Source: Neophaeotheca triangularis (lineage: Eukaryota). Taken from it: DNA of 64,000 nt. This document shows positions 31,677 to 45,078 of the stretch, piece by piece. Where the stretch lies: contig BAAIJX010000038.1 of NCBI GenBank assembly GCA_054600435.1, positions 124,001 to 188,000 of the forward strand, given 5' to 3'. The translations under genes and the position numbers were made by a program. The notes beneath the pieces are model-generated. The model searched no databases. It was not told where the DNA came from and saw only the letters and a program-made list of their open reading frames with translations. How positions within the stretch are numbered: the first letter of the stretch is position 1; every line of letters starts with the position of its first letter.

Positions 31677-33744
31677 AGTCGAGGCTTTCTAGGATTGAAG
31701 GGGTTGTCAGGGGTTGTAAGAGATAGGTTTGTAGATTTGGTGTATGTTTCTGCTTTATTGGAGATTCTTTGGCCTTGCTCTTTCGATTGTGGGTCTGAAT
31801 GCTACATACGTGTCCAGCTTTATATGCCCGCTGTGATTGGGGCGGGAGATATGGATGCGTTGGCCTTTGTGTACTGCCTTTCAGCTTACTGGCAAGGTGA
31901 ACTTGCTATCTGAGGGGCTTCGTTGTACTTAAATCGCAGAACGGCTGTGTTTGAGCCTGATCGAGGTCAAATGGTGCTCGCCCATACCACTGACTCGAAA
32001 TCTGGTCAAATTCTCGCCATTTATCAAGCTCAAGACCACAACGACTGCGCAACGGGTCTCGGTCACATCTATTACTTGTCGTGGCGGTCTGCCAAAGAAC
32101 AAGCTCGCTCTCGATCCGGTCCAATTATCACATCTCACCTGTTTCTAGGACCAACGGCGATATAGTGTTTTCGTCTTGTGAGGGCTCATGGACTTCGCAA
32201 CGTCACCTTCGAGCTGGCGAAACGGTCTAGAGATGTCTGCTTGGAAGAAGATTCACGGTCAAGGTAGGCTTATTGACTGCGTCGCCCGGGATATGGCTAA
32301 ATGATACCTACTTGCTCAAGTTTGCCCTGGCGGTAATCCATACTAATATACCGAGCGGTACGATGGGGGTGCTTGAAAGCCTCAACCGGTGACTTTACCT
32401 TGGAACACCACTGAGTACGCAACTGACTTTCTGCTCGATTGACTGAGGCCATCACTTTGCACGAACCAATCGATCTGAGACCACGAAGCTCTGGACTGTG
32501 TTGGAATTTGCATCTTCACGAGGAACACCATACTGTGATGATCGCGCCCTCCGACGACCAGGATACAAACAATCGTTTGGCTCACCGCTCGACACTTGAG
32601 CAAACCGCGGGCGGAATGTCTTGGTCTCAATCGGAACTCGACGAAACACTGCGTAAGGCTTGGGGAAGTTCGTAACAATATTATCTCGAGGCTTTCGGTA
32701 GCATGCAGAAATCGATGGGAGGTTTCAAATTTGGACAGAATGTGCCTAGGAGAGTAGTTTATGGGCGTTTCATGTCTTTGTCAGTCGCCCAGGGCATCGA
32801 ACCCCAAGGATAGAGGAACTGATGCTTTCGGCAGAGTGCAGATCATCGTTCATAAGGCCCGCTATCGAATTGACAACAGTCAGAGCATTGCGCTGAATTT
32901 ATGCCAACGAGGACTGAGGCTACATCGGGAGCTCATGCAATGTCAAAGTCTCCATGCCATCAACGTCGAGTTCAGCCATTGCTCCCGGTATTCTACCTAC
33001 TGCGTGACCGGTCATAAAGACATCTCGATCGTTAGCCAGCCCACCCACCAAGCTGCCTTCATCCTCCAGACGGCAGATCAGTTTGCTGCCGAGCCATCAT
33101 CGTCCACATTCCGGGTAGCTGATCACGGACATCAGAATCTCTCGATCCTAGCCGGCACTGTAGATCGGTCTTAGTACCCCAGCGGAGAGGGCTTACAAAA
33201 AAGGTATACTTGGATTGGAGCCACGACAAAAGCAGGCAACTGAACCTCTGCTTGCCGACTGAGGTCCAACCACTGATTGCTCTCTCGTGCGCCGGAGAAC
33301 CACTGAGGACGAAGCAAGCCCTCCATCGTGGCCCTCACACGGTAGAGCAGCATACAGCTCCTCATAGTCTCTCGGCACCGCAATCTCAAGCACGAATCTC
33401 CAGGGCAGAGGCTCCCTTGCTACCTTGCTTGGCTATGAGCCAGATCTGCAGGCTAATGCTCAAACCGAGTTCAACAAGCAAGAGTGCTGAGACCACATGC
33501 GATAGCTCTATTGTCCACGCTAGGACCCTCCTCGGCGGCCATGACAGTATTACTACGATCTGGAGTTTCGAGTGAGGTTCAAGTGAGGTCTCGCCCCTAG
33601 CCTCAGGCATATCTGCAGGCACGGTCACAACACCTCACTTTATCAGGCTGCTAGGAGTTTAATATTTAACACTTCACCCGTTGAGAGCTTTTACAACACC
33701 CTACCCTCTTATCAGCCTCTCAGCAAGGTAAGAACAGTATCAGC

Positions 33745-35028
33745 ATGGCGCCTCCATCTCCACACAGGAGACTCACCAAGCGCAATAGTGGCTCCCATTC
33801 TCGACGGAACAGTTCAGACCCAGCAGAACCAGCCGCCAGCGGCCTAGTCCAGCCAACTCCAACCTCACCTCACAACCTCACCCCGGCGCCCCTGGCATTC
33901 CCCTCGCATCCCACTATCCCCGCCAAGTCATCTCACACACCATCGCCACTTCGCTCAATATTCAACCGCTTCAAGCTACGAAGCAGCACCAAAGCTGCTG
34001 AAGACACACCAATCCTCACTTCCACCCCTCCATCAGCTTCCCGTGTACCTAGGTTCTCTGAAAAATTCGACGACGGAGTCACGGGAGTACCCTCGGACAC
34101 CACTTATTCACCTTCTCTCGGCAAGGCACTTGCTCGCAAAGCCCAAGACACCTATTCGGAGATGGTTGGTAAAGCCTCCGCCGGCACCTCTTGGTCAAGA
34201 CTAATGCGCAAAAAGGGCGACAACAAGAAGACCGAGAGCAAGGGCGAAGGCGTCCGCCGCCGCGCTATGCTGATTGAACAGCGCGAAGCCGACGAAGCCG
34301 CTCAGCAGACCAGGGTGACCAGAAGCCAGGGACGTCGTGCCGAGCGCGCTTCCGAAAGCACTGGCGAGGATGAAGAGCCCAAGGGCACCAAAGAGCAGTC
34401 CAAAGATTGGCTCGCCATTCCACAGGCCCTGAAGCTGCGCAAGAAGTACAGCACTGGCAGCCGCTCTCCATCGCCACAAGCCACTGAAGGCGCCAGCAAG
34501 GATCAAGATGACGAGACCAACGAAACCACCGAGAACATGACGCCTCGCGCCGCCGGAAAAGCTCCGCCAAAGAACAAAGCCAGCAAATCCCAGGACAATT
34601 CCAGCTCCTCAGTCCTTGCGCGCGACATGGCCAACCTCACCATCAAGACAGTCCCCACCTCTCCCGATCCTCTCGCCCTCAACGCCTCTCCCGCCGAGAC
34701 GCCGACCTCCAACCGCCGCTCTCCCCTAAAGCGCCATCGCACCTCCAAGTCCATCAGCCCAGTCGTGCAAACCCAGAGCGACGCCGAGCTCGCCAACAAC
34801 GCCATCGTGGTCAACCCCCCTCGCATCAACCCCACGGCCCCCATCAGCGAACTCTGGACCTCGCCGCTCAACCACACGTCCCGCCCGATCACTGCCTGGG
34901 GCTGGATGAAGAAGTGGACGTGCTGTACCTGCGCTGCGGAGACTATGGTCGAGCAGAAGGTCTGCGCTAAATTGGATTGTGGCCATGTGAGGTGTGATGA
35001 GTGCAAGTTGATTGTCAACAAGCGCTAG
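33745..35028 (+). CDS. Disordered protein with C-terminal Cys-rich zinc-ribbon-like motif
   Basis: 427-aa ORF ending WTCCTC..C....CGH.RCDEC. Confidence 0.75.
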   Translation: MAPPSPHRRLTKRNSGSHSRRNSSDPAEPAASGLVQPTPTSPHNLTPAPLAFPSHPTIPAKSSHTPSPLRSIFNRFKLRSSTKAAEDTPILTSTPPSASRVPRFSEKFDDGVTGVPSDTTYSPSLGKALARKAQDTYSEMVGKASAGTSWSRLMRKKGDNKKTESKGEGVRRRAMLIEQREADEAAQQTRVTRSQGRRAERASESTGEDEEPKGTKEQSKDWLAIPQALKLRKKYSTGSRSPSPQATEGASKDQDDETNETTENMTPRAAGKAPPKNKASKSQDNSSSSVLARDMANLTIKTVPTSPDPLALNASPAETPTSNRRSPLKRHRTSKSISPVVQTQSDAELANNAIVVNPPRINPTAPISELWTSPLNHTSRPITAWGWMKKWTCCTCAAETMVEQKVCAKLDCGHVRCDECKLIVNKR

Positions 35029-35875
35029 AGCATTGTCTTCGCATGAGGGGAAGGCTCGGTTGCAATACTGGCGGCGTTCGATGGATGAGAAGGCACAATG
35101 TATGCTGCGAACACCATGGGGTTTGAGAGGGCGTTGCGGAGAGAGTTGGGGTTGCTAGTCACGGGTGCTCTGCTCAGTTCAAGCTCTGCTTTGTTGTAGC
35201 ATTCTATAGCTCGCTAAAGAAGACGCTCTATCGATTGATGATTCCCGTCTCCACGCTTTCTGGCTTCAAGTGCCGAATTGGCGTGGTGAGTAGACTCAAG
35301 TCGATGCAGTACCGGCTCCCTGCATTTTGCTCGGGCGTTGTATAGGGGCCAACGTGTAGTCAGATAGAAACAGATATCGAGACTCTTGTGATCGTTAAAG
35401 TGTGGTTGTTATGCGCATGTCTGTCTAGTGCAAGAAGTGAGGTGAGGTTGAAACAAACCCCGCGGTCTGTGCACACGGTGGCTGCCAAGGATGCGCGAAC
35501 TTCACCTCACTTCACCTCACCTCACCTGGCTTCCATGCCGTGTTAACAAACTCAACTAGGCATCAAATCGGACGCAAAATCACCGTGATCGACTTCAGAT
35601 ATTACAATGACCTCGGACAAAAGGGACGAAGTAGTCAGTAGAACACAGCACTGTCGGCACTGATTGATGGATTGTGCTGTCTAAAAACAATAACGCCGAT
35701 AACAATGCAAACTAGGCTGAACTCAACTGAGCAGCAATGAGAACATGCCCCTTCGATGCTCGAGCAGACCGCTGTTGTCGCGGCCGCCGAAACCCGCACC
35801 CACGCCCCGTCTGTGCTCTCTTCACCGTGGATGAAAGCCCCGAAGCTTGATCAGATCTGAGGATGGTGTGCATCT

Positions 35876-36952
35876 CTAAGCACCTTTCCCTTTGCCCTTG
35901 CCGTCGAAGTGCGAGCGCCAGTCCTTCTTGTCACCCCAGCCCGAGCTGCTTGGTCCTCCTCCACGAGTGTCGCGATTGCCGTGCGCGTTTCCGCCGTCGC
36001 CACTGCCGATGTCAACCCCACCCTCCTCGCTGGAGCCCTCACTCTGCCCCGCTTGGCTGCGCGCTGCACGACCCTGAGCGGCGGCAGTAGTACCAGTAGC
36101 CTCCCTGTAGTAGCGAGATGAGGCGACGTCACGCATGCCGATGCCGTCGTTGCCCGAGGGTTCGGCGCCGAATCCGCGGCCACCAGCACCACCATTGACA
36201 GGAGCCATGGGGTGCGATGCCTCTAGAAGATAGTCGAGGGTGGACCTTTGTCCGGCGTTGATGCGATGAACCTCATCACGGATCCAACCAGTTCCGATGG
36301 CGTTGGCCGGGGTGTCAGACAGCGGGGGTCCATGGACGTTGCGGAAAGGGTTGGTCTGCGAGGGCTCGCTCTCACCGACGTGGAGAGGGTGGCCGGTGTA
36401 TCGTGAGTCGTTGCCGAACTTGTTGGCGGGCCAGGTGTTGGGGTGGTAGTGCACAGGTGCCATGCGAGATGGTGGGGCGGCCGTAGTGTTTGCGGCGGTG
36501 GGAGTCGGTGGGGCGGCGGTGGTGGTGCTGGTGGCGCTGTTGTCGGGCGCGTTGGGATTGAACGCGTTGCGAGCGCGTATAAGAGCCTCCGGAGGTTGTG
36601 GGACTCGGGAGCGCTGGTTGGTGCGTCGGCCAGACGCATGGGCCGCGCTGTACGCAGCGCGACCCTCCTCCACACGCTCCCGGGTCCTCACTCTCTCCGC
36701 GCCTCCGCCGTAACGGCCGAAGGCGAACTGGCTGGCCCTGTAGCCGCTGTTTGCCCCGCCGGTCTCCACCGGGATTGACCCCCGGTGGCGGTCGGGGATT
36801 GGGTTCATTGAACCCGCCGACTCGTCGCTTCCGGAGCCCGGCGCCGGAGCCGACACCTGGGCCGACGTGCGGGCCTGGCCGCCGCGCACGTGACCGTGGG
36901 TGCCGGTCCCGGTCTTACCCTGCTGCTCCTGGCCTTTGTTTGGAGCAGACAT
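35876..36952 (-). CDS. Gly/Ala-rich low-complexity orphan protein
   Basis: Long ORF with GC-biased codons from the probable ATG 36952 (MSAPNK). Confidence 0.6.
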   Translation of the reverse strand: MSAPNKGQEQQGKTGTGTHGHVRGGQARTSAQVSAPAPGSGSDESAGSMNPIPDRHRGSIPVETGGANSGYRASQFAFGRYGGGAERVRTRERVEEGRAAYSAAHASGRRTNQRSRVPQPPEALIRARNAFNPNAPDNSATSTTTAAPPTPTAANTTAAPPSRMAPVHYHPNTWPANKFGNDSRYTGHPLHVGESEPSQTNPFRNVHGPPLSDTPANAIGTGWIRDEVHRINAGQRSTLDYLLEASHPMAPVNGGAGGRGFGAEPSGNDGIGMRDVASSRYYREATGTTAAAQGRAARSQAGQSEGSSEEGGVDIGSGDGGNAHGNRDTRGGGPSSSGWGDKKDWRSHFDGKGKGKGA

Positions 36953-38245
36953 GTCTGCCGATTCAATTTGATGAGCATATAAACACTCAAGTTTGGTGAA
37001 CGAAAAAAGTTCGTTCAGCCAATGCGTGCCACCTTTGATGATCTTGGGTAAGGAAGCCATCAGGTGAGGTGGAGGCCACCAGTGGTGAGGGGAAGGGGAG
37101 AGCTCCAGTGTCATTGGAGTGAGTGCTAACCGTTGATGTTGAGTTGTCTGAAGGTGAGTGGTATGCGAGAAGTGTGTATGGTATGCAAGAGGTGAAGGTA
37201 GGTTGATGGTGATGGTATGCGAGGTGCGAGAGATGTTTGGTGTTTCCGGCCAGCTGTGAGTGTGTTTGTTGCTGGAGAGGAAGAGAAGAGGAAGAGGAAG
37301 CAAACAAGAGGGGCAGCCGAAGATATACTTGTTTGCATGTGGCCCAAGCGTTGTTCCCGCGCGGCAACGTGACTCAGCACACTCCTGGAGCTGTGCAAGG
37401 CGGCGAGGTGAGGATGGGGAAGTGTTGTTTTTAAAGTTCACTTGAAGGCTAATGCAGTGAAGCACAAGGGATTCATGGGTGTTCAAGGGTGTTCGGCTAC
37501 AAGCACCTGGGGTTCTCTCACAGCATCAATCCGGTAAGCCCCTTTTCTCCATGCTTACGTTTGGGCCATGAATATCGTGAGCTGCACAATAGAATCTCTG
37601 CTAGGTACGGTGTATGGTAGCACACGAAAGATCCTCACAAGGCCACTCTTCCCCACTAGCCCCCATCTACCACTGTAACAGCAGCATGGCGAGCCAGCTT
37701 CAAATCCCAGCAAAGCAGCCTGTCTAAGCTACTATCGAGAGCGAGATCGCCATGGCCTGCTACCGAGGGGAAGCATAGGTGCTCTTTGCCTTTGAAACAT
37801 AAGTGGGAGGTGAACGCACACAATTCAATGATATTGGCTCCTCAAGTCGAGCTACCAGTGAATACCATTAGCACTATCCGTCCCTTTTCTGAGTAGCTTT
37901 TAGCTGCTTGTACGCAGACGGCAACAGCGTTTCCATTGAACGACTTCCACTACAGAGAAGAGTGCTTGCTGACAGAGGAAAGAAGCTTGCGGTTTTCCGC
38001 CAGATAGTCGTGGAAGCAATTCTAAGATGCTGCGGCTGATGCAGAAGCCTCTGCGTAGAAGTATCGCTTGGTGCGCCCGGTGCTTGTCGGAAAAAGAGTT
38101 TCCAAGGCTCGTCCGCCGCATGGTCGTGTTTCCGGGGCGCTGGGTAGGCGCTGGGAGTCAGAATAACACATTCAAGGTACTTTCGCTACGAACCACGCTC
38201 TTACACAAATCGAACCTTTTCTCCATCTCCTCCCTGATCGCAATC

Positions 38246-39469
38246 ATGTCCGCAAGCAATACCGGTAAACTCAAACACCTCACCTGCTGGTTCTGGTTCC
38301 ACTCAGAGCTCTACACATGCATATACAGTGCTGAAGAGTGCCGCTACTCCCACGAGTACACAGGCAGGGTAGCATTGCCGCCTAACGAGCACGAAGGACA
38401 GATGATAGATTACGCCAACCAGGCTCTCATTACGCGAGTTCAGCATGAGCAAGCCAAGAATCCGAGCACCTTACGACCAGATCTGCAGGTTCTCAAGCAG
38501 GAGTTGACTGATATGTTTCGAGATGTCAAGGAGCTGCGGAAGACGATCCGGGAACGGGGGAAACAAAGCAATGGGACAGGTCAGCCAGCTGCCTCATTCT
38601 CGGAGTTGCAAAGTCGAGCAGGCGAGGGCTCCCTTGAGGAACAAAGCTCTTCATTCTCTCCTGCAAATATGCGTATGGGTAGTTGGAGAAGGCAAGATAG
38701 CCTGCCCCAGCAGCAAACCTCTACTTCTGCCTCCATCTTGATGTCTGCTGCTGGCCAGTCTCAAATGCCTGCATCGCAAAACTTACGAAATCTCGCTTTG
38801 TACGGAACCAGCAGAACCAGCGGAGATCTTGGGGGACTTCAAGCTCTGGAGCGGAGAGTGGCTACTCTCGTGTGCTTTGTTTCAGAGCAGCAAGAGCAGC
38901 AAGAGCAGCAGGTTGAAGATACGATTACCGAGCAGCATGATTCTAGTGAGTCACAGAATGGAGTAGACTTTTTGGCGACTATTAATGCGTCGGTGCAAGG
39001 CTTGCAACTGGACGAGACTTTCGCTTCTAGGGTGCCCGGCACTCGTGCTCGAAACAGCTCTAATCTTCAGCAGCCAGAAACGCAATCTCCCAGGCTCAGT
39101 AGCAACTCCGCCCAATTTCCACCGTCACCTCAACCAGCTCTTGGAAATCCAACCTATGCAAGCACAACCAGCAGCTTCTCCCGGGCAAACCGGACCACGT
39201 CACCGAGTCCAGGTTCAGCATCACGCACACATGAGCAACACATCAACTCAACCCGCAAGAACCGAACATCCAAAGGCCCAACGGGTGCAGGGTCGCTGCA
39301 ACAAGGTAACTACTGGGCGACTCCTCAACGGTCGGCGAACTTCTTGCAGCGGAATTGGAGGGACCTGGGTAGAGGCAGTCAGACAATAGCAGGAGACGGC
39401 GAGGCTAGCGACAACGAGGAGGACGTGATGGAGGAGAACAAGAAGAAAGACACAAGAAATAAAGAGTAG
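38246..39469 (+). CDS. CCCH-type zinc-finger orphan protein
   Basis: TCWFW..C..EECRYSH near the N-terminus; the rest is S/Q-rich. Confidence 0.7.
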   Translation: MSASNTGKLKHLTCWFWFHSELYTCIYSAEECRYSHEYTGRVALPPNEHEGQMIDYANQALITRVQHEQAKNPSTLRPDLQVLKQELTDMFRDVKELRKTIRERGKQSNGTGQPAASFSELQSRAGEGSLEEQSSSFSPANMRMGSWRRQDSLPQQQTSTSASILMSAAGQSQMPASQNLRNLALYGTSRTSGDLGGLQALERRVATLVCFVSEQQEQQEQQVEDTITEQHDSSESQNGVDFLATINASVQGLQLDETFASRVPGTRARNSSNLQQPETQSPRLSSNSAQFPPSPQPALGNPTYASTTSSFSRANRTTSPSPGSASRTHEQHINSTRKNRTSKGPTGAGSLQQGNYWATPQRSANFLQRNWRDLGRGSQTIAGDGEASDNEEDVMEENKKKDTRNKE

Positions 39470-40259
39470 CGTGGGGCTGAGTAGCGTTTCATGGCGCACT
39501 ACACTGTCGTGCCGATCTTCCAGGCCTCCGTGATATAGCCTGGTTTCTGGCGCCTGCGGTTGCTCTTCAGTTGTTTGCTTCGCAGCCGAGTGACGGGGTG
39601 TACTTTTGGGCCCGGAAAGCTAGGAATAGATTGCGTTCGCCGGTCACTTGCGAGTATTCGCCACGTTGGAGTTGGTGCGGAACCACGGCGAGGCTGACTG
39701 CCATCCCCGGCCAGGGAGTATAACGATCTTCGACTCCCCATGACTACCCGGCGGGGCGATGTCACGCGATTTTGTCTGTTTTGGATATGTTCATCAATCA
39801 GTAACTACTGTTTCAAGCCGCCGGATACTGCTTTTCCCTTAAATTCACTTGTGCCCCTGGGTTAGGGGGAAATGCCAAGACTTTACCCACTTCACTTCAC
39901 TTCACTTCACTTGGCTTGACATGGCTTCACTTCAAGAGAAGACACAGTTTGTATCTTCACTTGCCTATAGAAAATGTCAACAACGCTTCACTCGACATCT
40001 CACGCTCTAATAATACCCTCTGTGCAGCTATTGTCGTCGTCTCGTCCCAACCCCCCAGATTTTCCTATTCGCCTATTCTCCCTGCTATTGTCATGGTCCT
40101 GCTATTGTGGGCTTTCCTATATCTTTGGCTCCCTCTCGAGTTTCAACCGTCTTCTCTTGTTCTTCCTCTCCAGTTCCAACACCGTTAACAAAGCGTACGT
40201 CTGCTCTCTCTACCCACTACCATCGATCACATGCTAATACAGTCTGTTTAGATACCAAG

Positions 40260-40383
40260 CAACATTCACAGCAACATCAACACCAACAACGCCACCAATA
40301 CCACCAATACCACCAATACCACCAACACCAACAACACCACCACTACCACCACCACTACCACCACTACCACTACCACTACCACC
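40260..40383 (+). repeat. CAC/CAA/TAC trinucleotide-type low-complexity tract
   Basis: Read directly from the sequence. Confidence 0.85.
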
Positions 40384-41121
40384 ATGCCCGCGCCAGTCAA
40401 AATCTCCGTCCCGGGCAAGAAAGCCACCACCAAGCCCTCCCTCCCGGCCACAGCAGCCACCTACAAGCCGACGGCCGACTCCCCCAACGCGGGGGTAAAG
40501 CCGGCCGCCTCGCCCACGGAGGCAGACACCTGGACGGACCTGGACCTCGAGCTCTTCGGCCCGAACGAGGGTCCCCCTCTCCCCCTCTTCGGTCCGCTGC
40601 TGCCTCCCCGTCCTCCCCCTCCTCCTCCTGGCCCCACCATCCCCACCGTGATGGCCCTCTTCGACAACCCGGCCAGAACGGCCGCCATGCAGAACGGGAA
40701 GAACCCTCCCGGGCGAAAGCCAAAGGGCACGATGAAACGCAAAGCCGCCGCCGCCGACCCCACCACCACCACCACTACTACTACTACTGCCGCCTCGCCA
40801 GCGGCAGTAGTAGAAGCCGCGACGGCCGACGACGCCGTCGCCAGAGCCTCCAAGAGGCTGAAGACCGCCGTGGGCGCTGCTGCCGCTCCGCCGCCGCCGC
40901 CCCCTGCCGCTCCTCCCGGCCCGCAGCTCTGTCTGGGGCCGGCTGTCTATGCGTCGCTGCTTGGCAGCCACCAGGAGGAGTTGGCCGCGCTGCGGAAGGA
41001 GAACGAGGCGCAGGCTGCTGAGATTGCGCGGTTGCGGGCGCGTCTTGCTGTTGGCAGAGCTGTGAGGAGGGTCCCGGGGGTGGAGAAGGGGACGCAGACG
41101 GAGGGGGAGGGGGCGGAGTGA
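40384..41121 (+). CDS. Pro/Ala/Thr-rich orphan with short C-terminal coiled coil
   Basis: 245-aa ATG ORF in a CACCATG context. Confidence 0.6.
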   Translation: MPAPVKISVPGKKATTKPSLPATAATYKPTADSPNAGVKPAASPTEADTWTDLDLELFGPNEGPPLPLFGPLLPPRPPPPPPGPTIPTVMALFDNPARTAAMQNGKNPPGRKPKGTMKRKAAAADPTTTTTTTTTAASPAAVVEAATADDAVARASKRLKTAVGAAAAPPPPPPAAPPGPQLCLGPAVYASLLGSHQEELAALRKENEAQAAEIARLRARLAVGRAVRRVPGVEKGTQTEGEGAE

Positions 41122-42214
41122 GGGGGCGAGGGGGCGAGGGGGCGCGGTGAGGGGGTGGAGGGTGAGGAGATGTGCGTGGTGCTGGGGACGTTGCCTTCGG
41201 GCCTTTTTTGGACGAATCATTTATGTAAATCTTTTTGGAATGTGACGGCATTCTCTCTCTTGAACGTTGTCCACAAGCCTGTAGGCTGTGATCTGTTATT
41301 TGTGAGCTTCATTCGCATTACAGCCTTTCTCCCTTCGGCGCCTTGTACCTACCATCCCTGCAGCTATCCTCCATGAGGCTGCTATGCAACAGTACAAGTA
41401 GGCGCAACTCCCCCAGTCTCCTTGCCCATTCGTCTCTTTAACTTGGCTGAGAAAGGGCATCGTTCGCGCCAGAAGCGTCCAAAAAATCCTCAGCCTATAC
41501 TCGTTGTGTCGTCTTTGACACCACGGCTGGCCTCTCAGCAAAACAACATGGCAGCAGACCTCGACCCAGCACCCACAACAACCGCCCGCCCATGCCCCTC
41601 GTCACGAGTCCTCCCTTGAATTGCCTGGTCACTTAAGACCTCAGGGAAGCCGAGATAGAGCCTCGCCCCCAAAACGTAGCCCCAGCATCTCTACCCAAGT
41701 CCGTCATCTCGCTGCCCTCACCATTATGTCTACCGATCTCGGCAATATGCAACCACGACTCCAATAGGAGGGGCTGCCTACGACGTCCCCTCCCTAGCCG
41801 AGGGAAGCCAATGAAAGCACCGAGAGATAAGCCGGTTGGTCGTTCGAAACGCCGAGAGCCAATGGCTTGCACATGCCATAAGGTTGAGTGGAAGAAGGAC
41901 GTTTTATTTCTCTCTTGTTCTTTAGCCGGATTGGTGAGAAGAGCAGAAGGTGACCTGGAACTTCGGCGAGGTCGGCGTTATTCAGGCTTACAGTTCGTCG
42001 GGGCTTGCAGAGGGAGTGTTAAAAGCTGTGGTGGAGAATGCACAGATTGATTGCTATGTTCCAAGGCGATTTGGTGTTATTCTGTCCGCAGCGGTGGGAT
42101 GGTGGATTTGATCGACGACGGCTGAAGTATAGAGTGGATTACACGCTTACCCGCTTCAATTGGCAGGGGAAGCTGGGTGATATAATGCGACGAGACGCTA
42201 CATCTACCCTACTC

Positions 42215-43441
42215 TTACAAAGGCATACTGCTCAGTCCATTCGCAGCGATCTTCCGCCGCCGACTCCGCTTCCACTCGACCCTTCTCCTCTTCACGCCTG
42301 ACAACGGCGCACCAACGCTCGCAACCCCTTCATCCACCCTCGTACCCCCGTCCCTAGCCACCGCTACTCCCGCCCTCGCAGCCACCGACGGCGGTCTAGT
42401 CTCCACAACGGTCTCCCGACTCTTTGGCTTCACAAGCAGCAAGATAAACATTCCCACAACTAAAAGCAACAATAACAGCAGGATCTTCCGCTTCGTTGTA
42501 CGCTTCTGATACCCCGTAGCGACGCGCAGCTCCTTTTCAGCCTCCTTGGTCTGCTCGGCAGTGCGCTCGACGTTATAATCGATGCGATCGAGCATGCTGC
42601 CCTGGTCGATGACGAGGCTGTTGAGTTCTTGGAACAGCTGCGAGAGGTCGATGACGCCCTGGGCGATCTTCTCGATTTCGCGCTCGCGTTGTTGAATGGC
42701 GGAGTCGGCCATGCCGGTGCGGCGGGCGCGGAGCTGAGATTGCGTTTGTTGTAGAGTCTGCTGCGCGCTGGCTGAGTCGGCTTCGCTGTCGAGCATGGCT
42801 GGGTCGGTGTAGGGGTTTTGGGAGTGGGAGGCGGAGGGGTTGTCGAGGGGCGCGGACATGTTGGAGAGGGAGCGGAGTTTTTTGAGGTAGGCGGATTGTT
42901 TTTTGCGGAATAGGGAACTGGTTTCGGAGACGCGGGTCGCAAGGCTGATTTTGAGGTTGCGGGCCATGGTTGTTTCGGCGTCATTTGAGGAGTTGGCGAG
43001 GCTGTCTATGCGCCGGATGCAGCGTTGACTGGCGGTGAAGTTTCGGGTGATTTCTTGGGTCAGGGCGGAGATGTCGCGCTCTTCGCGCGTTTTGACGCTT
43101 TCGTCGTCGAAGCCCGGGAGGACGTGTTTGGCGTGCATGCTGTCGAGGCGTTTCATTTTTGTTTGGACATCCGAGAGGAGGGAGGAGACTTCGTCTTGGA
43201 TGTCGAGCCAGCGGGGTGGGAGGAGGTCCATTTCTATTACGGCGTCGTTTGGGTTATTGTCGCCGGACATGAGACCGGCGCTTTCGGAGTGGTCATTGTG
43301 CTGGCTACTGTAAGGGTCGTCGGTGAAGCGGGTGGTCTTTTGGCGTTTGGAAGGATGGTGGGTGTAGGATTGACGGTAGCTTATGAAGAGGTTGGTGCGA
43401 TCGCGCCAGGCGCCGATTGATGATGCTGTGTTGGAGGCCAT
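42215..43441 (-). CDS. tlg2: t-SNARE syntaxin Tlg2 / syntaxin-16
   Basis: WRDRTNLFISYRQSY N-peptide, LPPRW, SNARE motif VIDQGSMLDRIDYNVE, C-terminal TM. Confidence 0.95.
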   Translation of the reverse strand: MASNTASSIGAWRDRTNLFISYRQSYTHHPSKRQKTTRFTDDPYSSQHNDHSESAGLMSGDNNPNDAVIEMDLLPPRWLDIQDEVSSLLSDVQTKMKRLDSMHAKHVLPGFDDESVKTREERDISALTQEITRNFTASQRCIRRIDSLANSSNDAETTMARNLKISLATRVSETSSLFRKKQSAYLKKLRSLSNMSAPLDNPSASHSQNPYTDPAMLDSEADSASAQQTLQQTQSQLRARRTGMADSAIQQREREIEKIAQGVIDLSQLFQELNSLVIDQGSMLDRIDYNVERTAEQTKEAEKELRVATGYQKRTTKRKILLLLLLLVVGMFILLLVKPKSRETVVETRPPSVAARAGVAVARDGGTRVDEGVASVGAPLSGVKRRRVEWKRSRRRKIAANGLSSMPL

Positions 43442-44019
43442 GATTTGGAGGGTGGAGGTGCCTGCGAGGTAGGCGTTGTTGGTAGATAGGATAGCATTGC
43501 TCGAGTGTATCTTTATTTCAGGGCCGAGAGACAGTTGACTGGTTGCATGGCTGAACAGGCAGACCACCACCAGTAGTAGTAGTAGTGGTAGTAGTAGTAG
43601 CAGTGGTAAAGTAAAGTGTACGTAGATCACGACATGTCGTCTCTAGTCCAGTACCTGGTACTCCAGCTCTAAGCTAGTGAGCTCCTTGACCTAACCCTAA
43701 CCCTATCTGCTTGCATAGTACCTACTACTCTGGACCCTTGAGCGAGCTGGGCTTGGCATGTGACAGCCCCTCCCCTCCTCCAAGCGTCGTCTCCCGTCTC
43801 CAGAACGGGTAGTCCCGCCAGCTGCCTCACCTCTCCTCTGCCCCTCGCCTAAACAATCCACACCTGACAGGAATCACTCCACAGCAAACACTCCCGTCTC
43901 TCCTCCTACAAACACCCGACTCAGCAGCCAAACACACTACTCCACTCATATACACCGGACACCTCCTCTTCATCGACCCTTCTTCCTGCAAACCCTCCTC
44001 AACAACTCACACTCCAAAT

Positions 44020-45078
<1,059 letters not shown>

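Noticed and set aside
40107..41251. Long overlapping ORFs in alternative frames and strands (poly-His, Gly-rich)
   Set aside because: These are shadows of GC-rich trinucleotide repeats around the 40384 gene.
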